Positions 42,205 through 52,306 of a stretch of DNA of 64,000 nt are shown piece by piece (the stretch's first letter is position 1; each line of letters opens with the position of its first letter). Below the pieces are notes generated by a model. It worked only from the letters and a program-made list of their open reading frames with translations. It had not been told where the DNA came from and did not search any database. The DNA comes from Clostridia bacterium (GTDB lineage Bacteria > Bacillota > Clostridia > Oscillospirales > CAG-382). The position numbers and the translations under genes are program-made. The stretch spans positions 4,384 to 68,383 of the forward strand of contig JAFQHL010000064.1 in assembly GCA_017397955.1 (NCBI GenBank), given 5' to 3'.

Positions 42205-45200
42205 ATGAAAAGAATAACAGCATTTTTGCTTTGTCTTGCTTTTGTGTTGGGGCTTTGCGGCGTTTCTGCAAGTGCTGCTCCTGCAAAAGAGCTTACCACA
42301 CAAACAAAAGAAGTTTATGAAAGTAAGTATTTTTATACCGACGAGGACGGACTGCCCGAGTCTGCTCATAACTACAGCAGCAGTATGGAGCAATCCTGGT
42401 ATGTCATCCGTGAGGGTGCTTCCGGCGTCAGCGTAACCTTTTCCGATGATACGGAAACAGAAAGCGGCTATGACAAAATAACCATTTATAACGCTAACGG
42501 CGAAGAGCAGGGTGAGTACAGCGGTACTGCATTGGCAGGTCAAACCATCACTGTTGAAGGCGATACCCTGCAGATACGCCTTACCTCTGACGGTTCCGTT
42601 GTTCGCTACGGTTTCAGGGTTACAGACATATCCTATACCATCTCAGGAGAGGAAGACTCTGAAGAAAGCTCCGAGGCGCCCCGTCGTGACGGCTATTATT
42701 ACACCGATGCAGACGGTATGCCCGAATCCGCCCATAACTACGAAAACTATAGCGACGAATCTTGGTATGTTGTCCGCGAAGGTGCAATAAGTGTTTCCCT
42801 TACCTTCTCTGAGGAAACAAGAGTAGAAAACGGCTATGACAATATTGAAATTTACAACGGCGCCGATGTGCTTATTGATACTTATACCGGAACAGAGCTT
42901 GCAGGGCAGACTATTACCATAGAAGGTGATACGGTTCGCATTCGTCTTACCTCTGACGGTTCTTATACCCATTACGGCTTTGCCGTTACGGGCATAAGCT
43001 TTGTCGGCAGCTATACAACCTATACTGCTCATATATACCGCAGTGCAGAGGATAGGGTGACCGTTGAAATAGCATTGCCCGCAGGCGTTGACAGCGGCGT
43101 TCTCTATCTTAATACTACAGACAATCTTACCATAAGTCAGGAGCCTGATTGTGTAATTTTTGACCGCGTAGATACAAACGGTACTTATTCCGTAAGCTAT
43201 GAAGAAGGCAGGGGCTATAAGTTAGAGTTTTCTGTTGACTCCGCCATACCCGAAGGCACTACCGCGTTTAAGGCACAGTACAGCGTTTCCGCCGATTATG
43301 AGCTTTCCACCGCAGACGTTTTTGTTCGCGAGTGGAGTTTGAGCAACAATAACGAGCTTGTTGCAGACCAAAGCTTTGGCGATATAAGAAAGTGTGTTTG
43401 CTCCACCGTTATAATTACCGTTTTAGACTGGGACGGCACAGAGCTGGGTACCTTTAATGCACCCAGAGGAATTGTTCTTGATTCTCTGCCCTTTAATCCT
43501 CAGCGTGACGGACGTGAGTTTATCGGTTGGAGTGTGGATTCACTTTGCTTTATGTATGATACTACCGTAAACGCAGTGTATGCAGCTCCTTACTACACTG
43601 TTGTGTTTAAGGACTACGACGGCACGGTGCTTGATACCGTTACCGTGGAAGAAGGCGGCAGTGCAAGCACAAACGTAGTGCCCGAAAGATTCGGCTTTGA
43701 GTTTATCGGCTGGTCCGAAAACATCGACTGTGTAATGGATGACACCACCGCGATTGCCACTTACGAAACTAAGTTCCTTGTTGGTGATGCCAACGGTGAC
43801 GGCTACGTTAACAGCCTTGATGCCGCGACCATCCTCAGACACGATGCACAGCTTATAATACTTGAAGGTATTGCACGCCTTTGCGCGGACACTAACTGGA
43901 ACGGCGAAATAAACAGCCTTGATGCGGCGTTGCTTTTAAGATACGATGCCGATTTGATTGACCATCTTCCCGACTGTCCTCTTTACGGTCTTACCGCAGA
44001 TGGTAAGTTCTTCCGTGCAGACGTAACCCAAACAATAACCTTTACCGTAAGCACCGGCGTTCCTTATGAAAACATAAAGCTTTATGACCAGTTCGGCAAC
44101 CTTCTTGGTGTTATGAGCGATGACGGCACCGGTGCAGACCGCGTGGCAAACGACGGTGTTCACACGCTTAAGACAGATGTGCTTTACTATTCAAGCGGCG
44201 CATCTACCCAGGTTGAATTTTACTGCCAAAGCGGTAACGATACCAGCTTGCCCCTTACACTTAACTTCCTTTCCGGTGAGCAAGGCTCGCTTTCCGGCGT
44301 GGTTCGTTTGGCTTCCGACCGTGCAACTGCCGTTAACGGCGCTTGCGTAAAGGTTTATAACGGCGCGGCACTTTACACCACCGTTTACACCAACGAAAAC
44401 GGCCAGTACAGCTTTACTCTTCCCAACGGCAACTACAAGGTAGTGGTTTCCGCAAACGGTTATATTGATTTTGTTGCTTTTGCATCCATAGAAAACGGCT
44501 ATGACACTTATCTTGAAACATTCCTTATGGTTGAGAACACAGGCGTTTCCGAAGGTTCTGCCACAGGCGTTATCAAGAACTCTCTTACCGGTATCGGCGA
44601 GGGTGGCGTAAGCATTTCCTTTGTAAAGAATTGGAGCAATTATGCGCCTAACGCAAGGGTTATCGGCACCGCGCTTACCGACGAGGACGGTCAGTACAGC
44701 GTAGAGCTTCCTTTGGGCAATTACACCGCAGTTCTTAACAAAAACGGCTTTACAACCGCATACTTTAACGTAGTGGTTTGCGAAGGAACCTTGGCTAATC
44801 AAGACGGCGTTATTACCCCCGTTATAGAAGACGGCGAGCTGGGTGACAGCTATCTTATAACCCTTACTTGGGACGAAAACCCCAGAGATTTGGACTCCCA
44901 CGTACGCGGACCTCTTTCCGGCGGCGGCAGTTTCCATGTTTACTTCTCCGACAAGACGCAGGATGACGGAGATAGACAGATTTGTAATTTGGACTACGAC
45001 GATGTAAACAGCTACGGTCCCGAGCATATCACCCTTGTACCTACAACCGAGGGCGCATACTACTATTACATCTACAAATATTCCGGCACAGGTTCTCTTG
45101 CAACCTCCGGTGCCCGCGTAACCATAGAGCGCGGCAACCGTTTGATTGCTACATTTAACGTGCCCACCGACCAAGGCGAGGGCAGATATTGGAATATATT

Positions 45201-45273
45201 TGCCATTAAGGACGGAGAGGTTATCATAGAAAACACCGTTACAAATGACTATGATACAAGCTATGCCGAATAA
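42205..45273 (+). CDS. 1022-aa secreted multidomain protein: 2 CUB-like modules, FIGW (Listeria-Bacteroides type) repeats, internal dockerin, 2 CarboxypepD_reg-like domains, YfaP/DUF2135-like C-terminus
   Basis: Start at the ATG at 42205 after GGAGGAG. Dockerin EF-hand pairs DANGDGYVNSLDAA and DTNWNGEINSLDAA at about 43783-43960. The other domains are called from motifs only. Confidence 0.7.
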   Translation: MKRITAFLLCLAFVLGLCGVSASAAPAKELTTQTKEVYESKYFYTDEDGLPESAHNYSSSMEQSWYVIREGASGVSVTFSDDTETESGYDKITIYNANGEEQGEYSGTALAGQTITVEGDTLQIRLTSDGSVVRYGFRVTDISYTISGEEDSEESSEAPRRDGYYYTDADGMPESAHNYENYSDESWYVVREGAISVSLTFSEETRVENGYDNIEIYNGADVLIDTYTGTELAGQTITIEGDTVRIRLTSDGSYTHYGFAVTGISFVGSYTTYTAHIYRSAEDRVTVEIALPAGVDSGVLYLNTTDNLTISQEPDCVIFDRVDTNGTYSVSYEEGRGYKLEFSVDSAIPEGTTAFKAQYSVSADYELSTADVFVREWSLSNNNELVADQSFGDIRKCVCSTVIITVLDWDGTELGTFNAPRGIVLDSLPFNPQRDGREFIGWSVDSLCFMYDTTVNAVYAAPYYTVVFKDYDGTVLDTVTVEEGGSASTNVVPERFGFEFIGWSENIDCVMDDTTAIATYETKFLVGDANGDGYVNSLDAATILRHDAQLIILEGIARLCADTNWNGEINSLDAALLLRYDADLIDHLPDCPLYGLTADGKFFRADVTQTITFTVSTGVPYENIKLYDQFGNLLGVMSDDGTGADRVANDGVHTLKTDVLYYSSGASTQVEFYCQSGNDTSLPLTLNFLSGEQGSLSGVVRLASDRATAVNGACVKVYNGAALYTTVYTNENGQYSFTLPNGNYKVVVSANGYIDFVAFASIENGYDTYLETFLMVENTGVSEGSATGVIKNSLTGIGEGGVSISFVKNWSNYAPNARVIGTALTDEDGQYSVELPLGNYTAVLNKNGFTTAYFNVVVCEGTLANQDGVITPVIEDGELGDSYLITLTWDENPRDLDSHVRGPLSGGGSFHVYFSDKTQDDGDRQICNLDYDDVNSYGPEHITLVPTTEGAYYYYIYKYSGTGSLATSGARVTIERGNRLIATFNVPTDQGEGRYWNIFAIKDGEVIIENTVTNDYDTSYAE

Positions 45274-45288
45274 TTAAGGCTTTATACA

Positions 45289-45331
45289 AAGACGGCAGAG
45301 AGCAAAAAGCCCTCTGCCGTCGGGTGTTTTT
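45289..45331 (+). terminator. Rho-independent terminator
   Basis: GACGGCAGAG/CTCTGCCGTC stem followed by GGGTGTTTTT. Confidence 0.8.
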
Positions 45332-45347
45332 AAAACGGAGGATGTAT

Positions 45348-45983
45348 ATGAAGATTGTCAGCGATTTTGTTAAAGCGGTTATGGCGGGCTTTTGCATAGG
45401 CGTGGGCGGCACGGTGTTTTTAAGCCTTATACCCGACAGCAAGCCTCTGGGTGCCTTTTTGTTTGCAATAGGTTTGTTTCTTATCTTTTGCTACGGATTT
45501 AACCTGTTTACCGGCAAGGTGGGCTTTGTCTTTGACGAAGGGCTTAAGTTTATACCCACCCTTGGCATAATATGGCTGGGCAACTTTGTGGGTACCGCTG
45601 CAGTGGGGCTTTCGCTTTCCAAACTTACACGCCCTGCTGTTTCGGAAAAACTTGTAAGCGGTGCAAAAGCATTGTGCAAGGCTAAGCTGGATGATACGCT
45701 GCTTTCTGTTTTTGTGCTTGCAATATTCTGCGGGTTTTTGATGTTTGTTGCCGCAGACAACTACAAAAACGGCAAGGAGCCCTTACAAAAGTATTTGGCA
45801 ACCTTTTTGCCCGTAGCCGTGTTTATACTTGCAGGCTTTGAGCATTGCGTGGCAAATATGTATTACTTTGCCGTTGCGGGTGAATTTTCCGGCAAAATGC
45901 TTTTGTATTTGGCTGTTATGACAGCGGGCAACGCTTGCGGTTCTTTCCTTGTGCCGTTGGCAAAAAAGCTTATAAAACAGTAA
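45348..45983 (+). CDS. Formate/nitrite transporter (FNT) family protein
   Basis: GFEHCVANMYYF matches the FNT signature GFEHSIANM. About 6 TM segments. The start is the ATG at 45348 or 45342. Confidence 0.75.
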   Translation: MKIVSDFVKAVMAGFCIGVGGTVFLSLIPDSKPLGAFLFAIGLFLIFCYGFNLFTGKVGFVFDEGLKFIPTLGIIWLGNFVGTAAVGLSLSKLTRPAVSEKLVSGAKALCKAKLDDTLLSVFVLAIFCGFLMFVAADNYKNGKEPLQKYLATFLPVAVFILAGFEHCVANMYYFAVAGEFSGKMLLYLAVMTAGNACGSFLVPLAKKLIKQ

Positions 45984-45987
45984 ATAT

Positions 45988-46020
45988 CTGCAGGAGAGGG
46001 AAACTTCTCCTGCTTTTTTG
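45988..46020 (+). terminator. Rho-independent terminator
   Basis: GCAGGAGA/TCTCCTGC stem followed by TTTTTT. Confidence 0.85.
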
Positions 46021-46082
46021 TGTTGATTATTGTCAAACTTTGTGGTATAATAGTCTCAGAATATTGTGCTTTGAGGTAGATT

Positions 46083-46637
46083 ATGAGGATAATTACAGGT
46101 AAAGCGAGGGGCGCGCGTCTTGCAACCCTTGCGGGCGACGAAACAAGACCCACCGCAGAGCGTGTTAAAGAAGCCATGTTTTCGGCAATACAATTCAATA
46201 TAGAAGGCAGACGCGTGCTTGATCTTTTCGGCGGCAGCGGTCAGCTTGCTTTGGAGGCGCTAAGCCGCGGCGCGCAAAGTGCTGTGGTGGTGGACAGCAA
46301 CCGCAAAGCGGCAGAGATAATACGTGCCAACAGTATAAAGGCAAATCTTTTTGACTGCTGTAAGACTGTTTGTGCCGACTGGCGTGATTTTATAAAAACC
46401 CAATCGGGCAGGGATAAGTTTTCTCTTGTTTTCCTTGACCCGCCTTATAAGGACGGTTTCCTTGACGAGGTTATAAAGCGTGTGTCGGCGGCGGATTTGC
46501 TGGCAGACGGCGCAATTATCGTTTGCGAAAGCGGCGAAAGCGGTATACCTCTACCGCCCGACGGTTACACAGCAAAGCTTTACCGCTACGGTAAGACCTA
46601 CGTAACCATTTTAAAATCGGAGGCGGATGTTATATGA
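46083..46637 (+). CDS. rsmD: 16S rRNA (guanine966-N2)-methyltransferase
   Basis: 184 aa. RIITGKARG..L..P....RPT N-terminus, SAM motif LDLFGGSGQLALEA, and DPPY. Confidence 0.88.
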   Translation: MRIITGKARGARLATLAGDETRPTAERVKEAMFSAIQFNIEGRRVLDLFGGSGQLALEALSRGAQSAVVVDSNRKAAEIIRANSIKANLFDCCKTVCADWRDFIKTQSGRDKFSLVFLDPPYKDGFLDEVIKRVSAADLLADGAIIVCESGESGIPLPPDGYTAKLYRYGKTYVTILKSEADVI

Positions 46638-47095
46638 AAGCCCTTTGCGCGGGTAGCTTTGACCCCATAACAGTAGGGCATTACGACTATATAAGCCGCG
46701 CGGCGGCAATATTTGAAAAAGTTGTTGTTGCCGTTACCGACAATACGGAAAAACGCTATATGTTTACCGCTGAGGAAAGACTGCGCTTTGTAAAGCAGGC
46801 GTTTGCGGAGCTTGAAAACGTAAGCGTTGTGGCTTTTGACGGCTGGACGGCGGATTTAGCAATCGCCCACGGTGCCCATGTTATAGTAAAAGGCGTACGC
46901 AACAACGCAGATTTTGAGTATGAAAAGCTGATAGCGGAAGTCAACAGGGACGCAAACGGGATAGAGACATTGCTTATCCCCTGTGCGCCCAAGTACAGCG
47001 AGGTATGCTCTTCCACCGTGCGGGAGCGGATAAAGTACGGCAAGCCCTACAAGCATTTGATTCCTGACGGAGTGGAGATAAAGGGGGAGGAATAA
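46634..47095 (+). CDS. coaD: Phosphopantetheine adenylyltransferase
   Basis: 153 aa. GSFDPITVGHYD motif. ATGA overlap with rsmD (conserved rsmD-coaD pair). Confidence 0.92.
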   Translation: MKALCAGSFDPITVGHYDYISRAAAIFEKVVVAVTDNTEKRYMFTAEERLRFVKQAFAELENVSVVAFDGWTADLAIAHGAHVIVKGVRNNADFEYEKLIAEVNRDANGIETLLIPCAPKYSEVCSSTVRERIKYGKPYKHLIPDGVEIKGEE

Positions 47096-47100
47096 GCCCT

Positions 47101-47733
47101 ATGAAAAAACGTATAATACTAATAGTTTGTTCCGCCGTTCTTGTTGCCGCTTTTTGCTTAAACGCGGTGCTTATAAGCGGCGCAAAGCAGACGGCAAGGG
47201 AGTATGATGCAGTTGCAGCTCTTTCGGATAACGAGGATAAGCTTAACGTTGCTCTTTCAGTTATATACAAGCGGGCGGGGGATTTGGTTTTGTCCTTGCC
47301 CCACGCAGGCATAACCCTTACGCAAACCGCGGTAATGAAGCATTTTGCGGGGGATGCGGATGCAATACTGTATCTTAACACCCGTGCGGCAGACCAGCTT
47401 GCCAACGCTTATGCGGCAATGGACGTTTTGCTGGCGGATTTTGACGGTGTGCTGGCAAAATACGCGGTGCCCTCTGGCAGCGTATTTCGCACCAAGCGGG
47501 TAGAGCTGGCAAGTCTGTTTTCGGGGCTTGAAAGCTCTAATAACGAGCTTATAAAGCGAACCCGCACCTTTATAGGTAACGCAGGCAGCGGCTATGACGG
47601 CTATTATACCGCTTATTGTGAGCAGCTGCAAATAGTTTCCGACAAATTCCAAAACGCCGCCACCCAAATAGGTAACGAATACGATGCGCTTATAAGCGAT
47701 ATGCTTGGCGCAGATTTTGAGTTGGTATCATAA
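47101..47733 (+). CDS. Membrane-anchored hypothetical protein
   Basis: 210 aa with an N-terminal TM. GGAGG RBS. Confidence 0.6.
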   Translation: MKKRIILIVCSAVLVAAFCLNAVLISGAKQTAREYDAVAALSDNEDKLNVALSVIYKRAGDLVLSLPHAGITLTQTAVMKHFAGDADAILYLNTRAADQLANAYAAMDVLLADFDGVLAKYAVPSGSVFRTKRVELASLFSGLESSNNELIKRTRTFIGNAGSGYDGYYTAYCEQLQIVSDKFQNAATQIGNEYDALISDMLGADFELVS

Positions 47734-47754
47734 CTTTTTTACGGAGGGTTTTTA

Positions 47755-48651
47755 ATGGCAAAAGACAAGACCCAAAAGAAACGTCGCCGTCGCTTAGGCG
47801 ATCGCAAGGATGGCAGAAAGGTGCGCTCCTTGTGCCCCATGAACTATGTTGCGCCCTATATAATGCCCGACCGCGGCGCGGCTTCCAATTACATAGAGGA
47901 CAGGGTTGACACGGCAAAAATGGACGACTACATTGCAAAAAAACGCGCCGAAGGGCTTAAAGGCTTTGGTGCTTTGCACGTGTTTATAGCTACATACGTG
48001 CGCGTGGTTTCTCAACGTCCGGGTATAAACAGGTTTATTAGCCGCCAAAAGATTTTTGCCAGAAATAATATAGAGGTAATGCTTACCATAAAAAAGGAGC
48101 TTTCTCTTAACTCTGACGAAACGGTTGTGAAAGTTAAACCGCAGGCTGATTTCACCGCAGAGCAGGTCTACAGACAGCTTAACGAGGTTATAGCCAAGGA
48201 TAGAGAATCTGCAGAAGGCAATGCTATGGATTCCGTGGCAAAGCTTTTAAGCTACATCCCCGGCTTGTTTTTAAAGTTTATAGTATGGTTTCTAAAAACT
48301 CTTGACTATTTTGGGTTGTTGCCAAGGTTTTTGCTGGATGTAAGCCCCTTCCACGGTTCAATGTTCATAACCTCAATGGGCTCACTGGGCATCCCGCCCA
48401 TTTATCACCATTTGTACGATTTCGGCAACGTGCCCATCTTTATTTCCTACGGTGCCAAGTACAGAGAAAACTATATTAACGATAAAGGTGAGGTGGAAAA
48501 ACGCTCTTATATAGACTATAAGATCGTTACGGACGAGCGCACCTGCGACGGGCACTATTACGCCTCTGCCCTTAAGCTTATACGCTATTATATGCAAAAT
48601 CCTCATCTTTTGGACTCACCGCCGGAGCAGGTTTTTGAGGATATTGACTAA
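47755..48651 (+). CDS. 2-oxoacid dehydrogenase acyltransferase catalytic-domain-like protein (no lipoyl domain)
   Basis: 298 aa. Basic N-terminus. The DERTCDGHYYA motif resembles the DHRxxDG catalytic motif. Confidence 0.6.
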   Translation: MAKDKTQKKRRRRLGDRKDGRKVRSLCPMNYVAPYIMPDRGAASNYIEDRVDTAKMDDYIAKKRAEGLKGFGALHVFIATYVRVVSQRPGINRFISRQKIFARNNIEVMLTIKKELSLNSDETVVKVKPQADFTAEQVYRQLNEVIAKDRESAEGNAMDSVAKLLSYIPGLFLKFIVWFLKTLDYFGLLPRFLLDVSPFHGSMFITSMGSLGIPPIYHHLYDFGNVPIFISYGAKYRENYINDKGEVEKRSYIDYKIVTDERTCDGHYYASALKLIRYYMQNPHLLDSPPEQVFEDID

Positions 48652-48660
48652 AAAAACATC

Positions 48661-48689
48661 TTGACAAACAGGTATAAAGGGTGTATAAT
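48661..48689 (+). promoter_or_regulatory. Consensus sigma-A promoter for the TPP riboswitch-thiT unit
   Basis: TTGACA (48661-48666), 17 nt, TATAAT (48684-48689). Confidence 0.7.
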
Positions 48690-48737
48690 CGTCCATACTA
48701 AGTTGCGGACAAACAAAGGTCCGACGGAACAATTAAA

Positions 48738-48816
48738 AATCGGGGTGCTTGGTGCGGGTTGCATCAGGCTGAGAAATACCCATTGAACCTGAACGGATAA
48801 TGCCGGCGTAGGGATA
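48738..48816 (+). promoter_or_regulatory. TPP (THI-box) riboswitch aptamer
   Basis: GGGGTGC...CTGAGAAATACCC...GAACCTGAACGGATAATGCCGGCGTAGGGA matches the conserved THI element. The downstream gene is thiT. Confidence 0.9.
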
Positions 48817-48852
48817 TAATGCAGGGGTTTTGCCCCTTTGCTTGTGCTTTTT

Positions 48853-48897
48853 AAGAGCCCTCGACGTCCATGTAACGTCCGTGGGCTCTTTTGTTTG
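48853..48897 (+). terminator. Riboswitch expression-platform terminator
   Basis: AAGAGCCC..GACG-loop-CGTC..GGGCTCTT followed by TTGTTT. A weaker hairpin plus T5 lies at 48822-48852. Confidence 0.75.
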
Positions 48898-48996
48898 GTT
48901 ATACTGCTTTTTTGCCGTGTAGCTGCAGTAAGCGTGTAATGTAAGCGGGTTTCGCAACAAGGTGGAATTTTATGTTTTAAAGGAGGTTTTTAAGTT

Positions 48997-49596
48997 TTGA
49001 AAACCAAAAAGCAATTGCAACTGCGTACCCTTACAGAATGTGCTTTGCTTATTGCACTTGCCACCGCGCTTTCCTTTGTAAAGGTATATCAGGCTCCCTT
49101 GGGCGGCTCTGTTACCCTGCTTTCCACTCTGCCCATAATGTACCTTTCCATTCGTCACGGCGTTGCTTACGGTATGGGCGGCGGCTTTGTGTACTCTCTT
49201 ATCCAGCTTTGGCAGGGAAGCGGCAATTTGGCGTATGTTCCCACCGCGGCAGGTATAGCGGGCTGTATCCTGCTTGATTATATTGTGCCCTTTACTCTGC
49301 TGGGCACTGCGGGCATCTTTTGTCGCAAAGGCCAAAACGTAAGCCTTGCTACAGTGCTGGCAGGCGTTGTTACCGCAACGGTGCTCCGCTTTGTTTGCCA
49401 CTTTGTGGGCGGTGCCGTAGTTTGGTATGAGATAACCAAGGAGGGGCAATGGAACGACTACGTTCAAAAAGTGGGTATGTGGACCTATTCCTTCGTGTAC
49501 AACATCACCTACATCGGCCCCGACGGTGCTATGGCCATAGCCGCATCCGTTGCTTTGCCCGCGCTGGAAAAGGCGCTGAAAAAAGCAAAGCTTTAA
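48997..49596 (+). CDS. thiT: ECF-transporter thiamine-specific S component
   Basis: 199 aa with 6 TM segments. Lies under a TPP riboswitch. TTG start 10 nt after AGGAGG. Confidence 0.8.
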   Translation: MKTKKQLQLRTLTECALLIALATALSFVKVYQAPLGGSVTLLSTLPIMYLSIRHGVAYGMGGGFVYSLIQLWQGSGNLAYVPTAAGIAGCILLDYIVPFTLLGTAGIFCRKGQNVSLATVLAGVVTATVLRFVCHFVGGAVVWYEITKEGQWNDYVQKVGMWTYSFVYNITYIGPDGAMAIAASVALPALEKALKKAKL

Positions 49597-49646
49597 GGTA
49601 ATATTATCGCCGCTGACGGCATATACATATTGCAGAGGTGCTTTTT

Positions 49647-50192
49647 ATGGGGGCAAATTTGCAGGATGTATTCTTAAAAGCTACGGCGGCAGTCCTTGCT
49701 TGCTTTGGCGGGCTGTGCCTGCTTAAATACGTTTTAAAGGCCGTTCCCCGCTTTTGGGGGACGGCTTTTCGCGCTCTTGCGGATTGGGGGCTGTGGCTTT
49801 GCTTGCAGCTGTTTTTAAACCTTGCCTTTTTGGTAAGCTACGTTTTGTACGTTAAAAACGGCACTGACCTTGGGGCTGCCGACCTTGGGGTGGCGTTTAT
49901 AGCGGTTTCGATAATCCTGTTCTTTTTGGCGTGGCGGGGAAAGGTGCTAAGCGACGGCGTGTATACCTTGTTGCCCGCCGGTCTTTACAGTGCTTTTTTG
50001 CTGTATCGCTTTTTTGCCGCGGACGGTGGACTAGGTTTTTTCGGCTACGTTTTGTACAACCCTATGTTTGCCTTTATAGGCAGTAATTTGCAGGGTAAGG
50101 AGCGCGCCATTGCCTGCCTTAGTGCCGTTTTGCCCTTGGTTTGCGGAGTGCTGGGCAGAGGGCTTGCCCTTAAAAGGATTGACAAAAGTTAA
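49647..50192 (+). CDS. Hypothetical membrane protein
   Basis: About 181 aa with 5-6 TM segments. The ATG at 49647 is preferred over the GTG at 49638. Confidence 0.55.
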   Translation: MGANLQDVFLKATAAVLACFGGLCLLKYVLKAVPRFWGTAFRALADWGLWLCLQLFLNLAFLVSYVLYVKNGTDLGAADLGVAFIAVSIILFFLAWRGKVLSDGVYTLLPAGLYSAFLLYRFFAADGGLGFFGYVLYNPMFAFIGSNLQGKERAIACLSAVLPLVCGVLGRGLALKRIDKS

Positions 50193-50238
50193 AAACTGTG
50201 GCATAATAAGCAATAACGTTAAACTCCGGAGGATATTT

Positions 50239-51459
50239 ATGAAAAAGCTTATAACACTTTTGTTAGCCTTGGGGCTTTGTCTTTGCTCTTGCGGTGAAAA
50301 GGAAAAAGAAACCGACAAAAACGACAGCCAAAGCAAAGCGGAAAGTTCGGTGCAGTCCGAAAGCACAGATGAAACAACGGAAAGTGCTGATGAAAGCACC
50401 GAGGAAGACAGCACTTCCGCCGAGGAAAGCACTGATGGCGAAAGCAGTGAGGAAGACCGCCCTAACGTAGGTGATTTGGAGGACATAACCCCCTACATCA
50501 AGCTTGGCGCGTGGAAGGGTATTAACATAGCCAAAAAGGTAGAGGTTACCGAGGAGCTGAAGACCCAAATCCTTAACGAAAACTACCTTGCAAAATACGC
50601 AACACAGGAAGAAACCGATGCACCCGCAAAAGAGGGCGATACTGTGATTATGGATTACAAAGGCTATTTGGTGGACACAAACGAAGCCTTTGAGGGCGGC
50701 GAAGCTAAGGATGCAGAGTTGCTTCTTGGCTCCGGCAAGTTTGTAGATGGCTTTGAAAGCGGCATTATAGGGCACAGCAAGGGCGAAAGTTTTGATATAT
50801 ACCTTACCTTCCCCAAGGATTATCACGAAGAGCTTGCCAATAAAGAGGTTAGGTTTGCCATAACATTAAAAAAGATTACCCAAACCGTGTATCCCACTCC
50901 CGACGAAAAAATTCTTAAAGAGCTGAAGTTTGACAGCGTAGATGCTCTTAACGCCGCCGTACAGAAAGAGGCGGAGGAAACTGTTTACACCGAAAATCTT
51001 ACCAACGTGTGGGCGGCAGTTTTGAAAGAAGCAGAGGTTTTGGCGTATCCCGAGGAGCTACACAAAGACCATGTTGACTATTTTATTGACTATTACGAAG
51101 GTATGCACAAATATTACGCAACCTACTACGGGATGGAATATGCCGACTATTTACAGGCAGCTTTTAAGATGACCGAGGAGGAGTTTAAGGCAGACCTTGA
51201 AAAAAACGCCAAGGAATATGCAGACGGCGCGCTTAAAGAGGAGCTTACCGCTTACGCGGTGGCAGACGCCGCTTTTAACAGAGAAGTAAGCGACGAGGAA
51301 TACGATGCCTTTGTTGAAAAATACGCAGCAGACAACGATATGACCATAAAAGACATTACCACAAAGTACACAAGGGATGAGATTATTGAGAACATCCTTT
51401 GGGACAAGGTAATGGTTTATCTGTACGATAACGCTGTGTTTGGCGCGCAGACAGAGTAG
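50239..51459 (+). CDS. Trigger-factor-like FKBP-type PPIase lipoprotein
   Basis: ORF trimmed to the ATG at 50239 (GGAGGA RBS). Lipobox LCSCG, an acidic S/E/T linker, then an FKBP-like GDTVIMDYKGY...GSGKFVDGFE and a TF C-terminal-like region. Confidence 0.65.
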   Translation: MKKLITLLLALGLCLCSCGEKEKETDKNDSQSKAESSVQSESTDETTESADESTEEDSTSAEESTDGESSEEDRPNVGDLEDITPYIKLGAWKGINIAKKVEVTEELKTQILNENYLAKYATQEETDAPAKEGDTVIMDYKGYLVDTNEAFEGGEAKDAELLLGSGKFVDGFESGIIGHSKGESFDIYLTFPKDYHEELANKEVRFAITLKKITQTVYPTPDEKILKELKFDSVDALNAAVQKEAEETVYTENLTNVWAAVLKEAEVLAYPEELHKDHVDYFIDYYEGMHKYYATYYGMEYADYLQAAFKMTEEEFKADLEKNAKEYADGALKEELTAYAVADAAFNREVSDEEYDAFVEKYAADNDMTIKDITTKYTRDEIIENILWDKVMVYLYDNAVFGAQTE

Positions 51460-51465
51460 GCGTGA

Positions 51466-51500
51466 TAAATGGTACGGGCTTTGGCGAGTACCATTTTTTG
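51466..51500 (+). terminator. Rho-independent terminator
   Basis: AATGGTAC/GTACCATT stem followed by TTTTT. Confidence 0.8.
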
Positions 51501-51537
51501 CTTAATAAAAATATCACAAAAAAACAAACAAAAGCTA

Positions 51538-51566
51538 TTGACAAAGCGCAAAAACAGCGGTATAAT
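51538..51566 (+). promoter_or_regulatory. Perfect consensus sigma-A promoter for the sortase locus
   Basis: TTGACA (51538-51543), 17 nt, TATAAT (51561-51566). Confidence 0.65.
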
Positions 51567-51644
51567 AAAGCTAAGATTTTATCTGTATAAATAGGTTAAT
51601 ATTCTTTTGCGTTTTTCGCGCGATATAGTTTAAAGGTGATATTT

Positions 51645-52253
51645 ATGAGAAGATTTACAGTTTTATTGCTAAGTATAGCTGTTTTGGCACTTAGTTTGTC
51701 GGCAAGCATAACGGCTTCTGCTTATACTCAAGAGGATTTGATGGAGGAGTTTAAGACCATCCCCGCATCCCATTGGGTACTTGCGGATTTTGAGAATTTG
51801 TCCCGTACAATGCGTTTGACCGAGGACCAGTGCAATCAGCTTTGGCCCATATTGCAGGAAGTTAAGGCTTTGTTACCTACGGATAACGGTCCTACCGTAC
51901 ACGCAGGCACAAACAACGGCAATACGGGTAGAATGTACTCTGCAGAGGTTGTGGCAAAGGTTATGGATCATATCCGTGCCGCTTGCCGTGTAACGGGCTG
52001 CACATTTGTTAAAACCTTGGTACCCAACCCCACCCATAGCATAGATATCGTTTTTAAGCTTTATGACAGCACCGGCAAGCTTATTTTTGAGTACGACGGT
52101 GACCTTATAAAGCAGACCGGTACAGACGTTGCAGTTGATAATTCTTCTGCTTCTGCTTGGTATCTTTTCGGCGGCATAGGTGCCTTGCTTATTTCTCTTG
52201 CAGGTGCGGCTTTTGCAGGTAAGCGCGTTCGCGGTGCTTTGGCGGCTGCGTAA
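51645..52253 (+). CDS. Secreted protein with a C-terminal sorting-signal-like tail (candidate sortase substrate)
   Basis: Signal peptide. C-terminal IKQTGTD, then a hydrophobic segment and KRVR. Lies directly upstream of a sortase. Confidence 0.55.
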   Translation: MRRFTVLLLSIAVLALSLSASITASAYTQEDLMEEFKTIPASHWVLADFENLSRTMRLTEDQCNQLWPILQEVKALLPTDNGPTVHAGTNNGNTGRMYSAEVVAKVMDHIRAACRVTGCTFVKTLVPNPTHSIDIVFKLYDSTGKLIFEYDGDLIKQTGTDVAVDNSSASAWYLFGGIGALLISLAGAAFAGKRVRGALAAA

Positions 52254-52306
52254 TTTCCGTTGGTTTTTCCCTGCATTAAAGTGTATGGCATGGCGGGGGT
52301 TTTAAT

